From assembly GCF_009914755.1 (NCBI RefSeq), contig NC_060945.1: a stretch of 64,000 nucleotides of DNA; one strand, 5' to 3'. This document shows, piece by piece, positions 63,621 through 64,000 of the stretch (position 1 is the first letter of the stretch; the number at the start of each line of letters is the position of its first letter). This DNA comes from the human T2T-CHM13v2.0 reference genome, Homo sapiens. Both the position numbers and the translations under genes were made by a program. Below the pieces are notes generated by a model. It saw only the letters and a list, made by a program, of their open reading frames with translations, searched no databases and was not told where the DNA came from.

Positions 63621-64000
63621 TTCTTCTTTTCTTGGTTAGTCTAGCTAGTGGTTTATCAATTTTGTTTATCTTTTTGAAAAGCCAAGTTTTTGTTTCATTC
63701 ATCCTTTGTATTATTTTTCTGGTCTGTATGCCATTTAGTTCTCCTCTGATTTTTATTATTTCTTCTCTTCTGCTAATTTGGGGTTCAGTTTGTTTTTGCA
63801 CTTCCAGTTCCTTGAGATGCATTATTAGACTGTTAATTTGTAAGCTGTCTGCTTTTTTCAGGTAGGCATTTATTGCTATAAAATTCCCTCTTAGCTCTGC
63901 TTTTGCTGTATCACACAGGTTTTCGTATGTTGTGTTATTTTCATTTGTTTCAAGGATTTTTTTTATTTTCATTTTTTCTTTATTGACCCAGGAACATACT

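Larger units (their letters stand above)
59900..64000 (-). mobile_element. L1MA-type element, antisense, continuing past the window end
   Basis: Minus ORFs [19 protein letters not shown]... and ...TTYENLCDTAKAELRGNFIA...KKINKIDKPLARL are L1 ORF2. Confidence 0.92.

Overview
Primate (most likely human) genomic DNA with no protein-coding exon. About half of it is interspersed repeat: mostly antisense L1, about 16 Alus, THE1/MLT1/ERV solo LTRs, L2, MIR, MER63 and MADE1. Two short + strand exons with canonical splice signals (38 nt at 23085-23122 and 36 nt at 43305-43340, about 20 kb apart) match my recollection of the non-coding 5'-UTR exons 3 and 4 of PCBP3 (poly(rC)-binding protein 3, 21q22.3). 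That assignment is from memory and needs a BLAT check. All long ORFs in the track are repeat artefacts. Main observations: (i) a CpG-rich 45-bp VNTR whose unit is the amplified junction (host flank + TSD + LTR terminus) of a THE1 LTR, with each unit forming a hairpin and carrying a CRE half-site; (ii) a C-rich ~51-bp VNTR on the sense strand of a putative poly(C)-binding protein gene, a possible autoregulatory platform; (iii) an L1-derived exon with recursive-splicing-exon architecture that ends in ATG; (iv) a cryptic 5' splice site abutting a UG array (TDP-43-type layout); (v) three local templated duplications, including a 45-bp near-perfect inverted repeat spanning 2 kb; (vi) a degenerate interstitial telomeric tract; (vii) two L1 insertions with inverted, duplicated segments.
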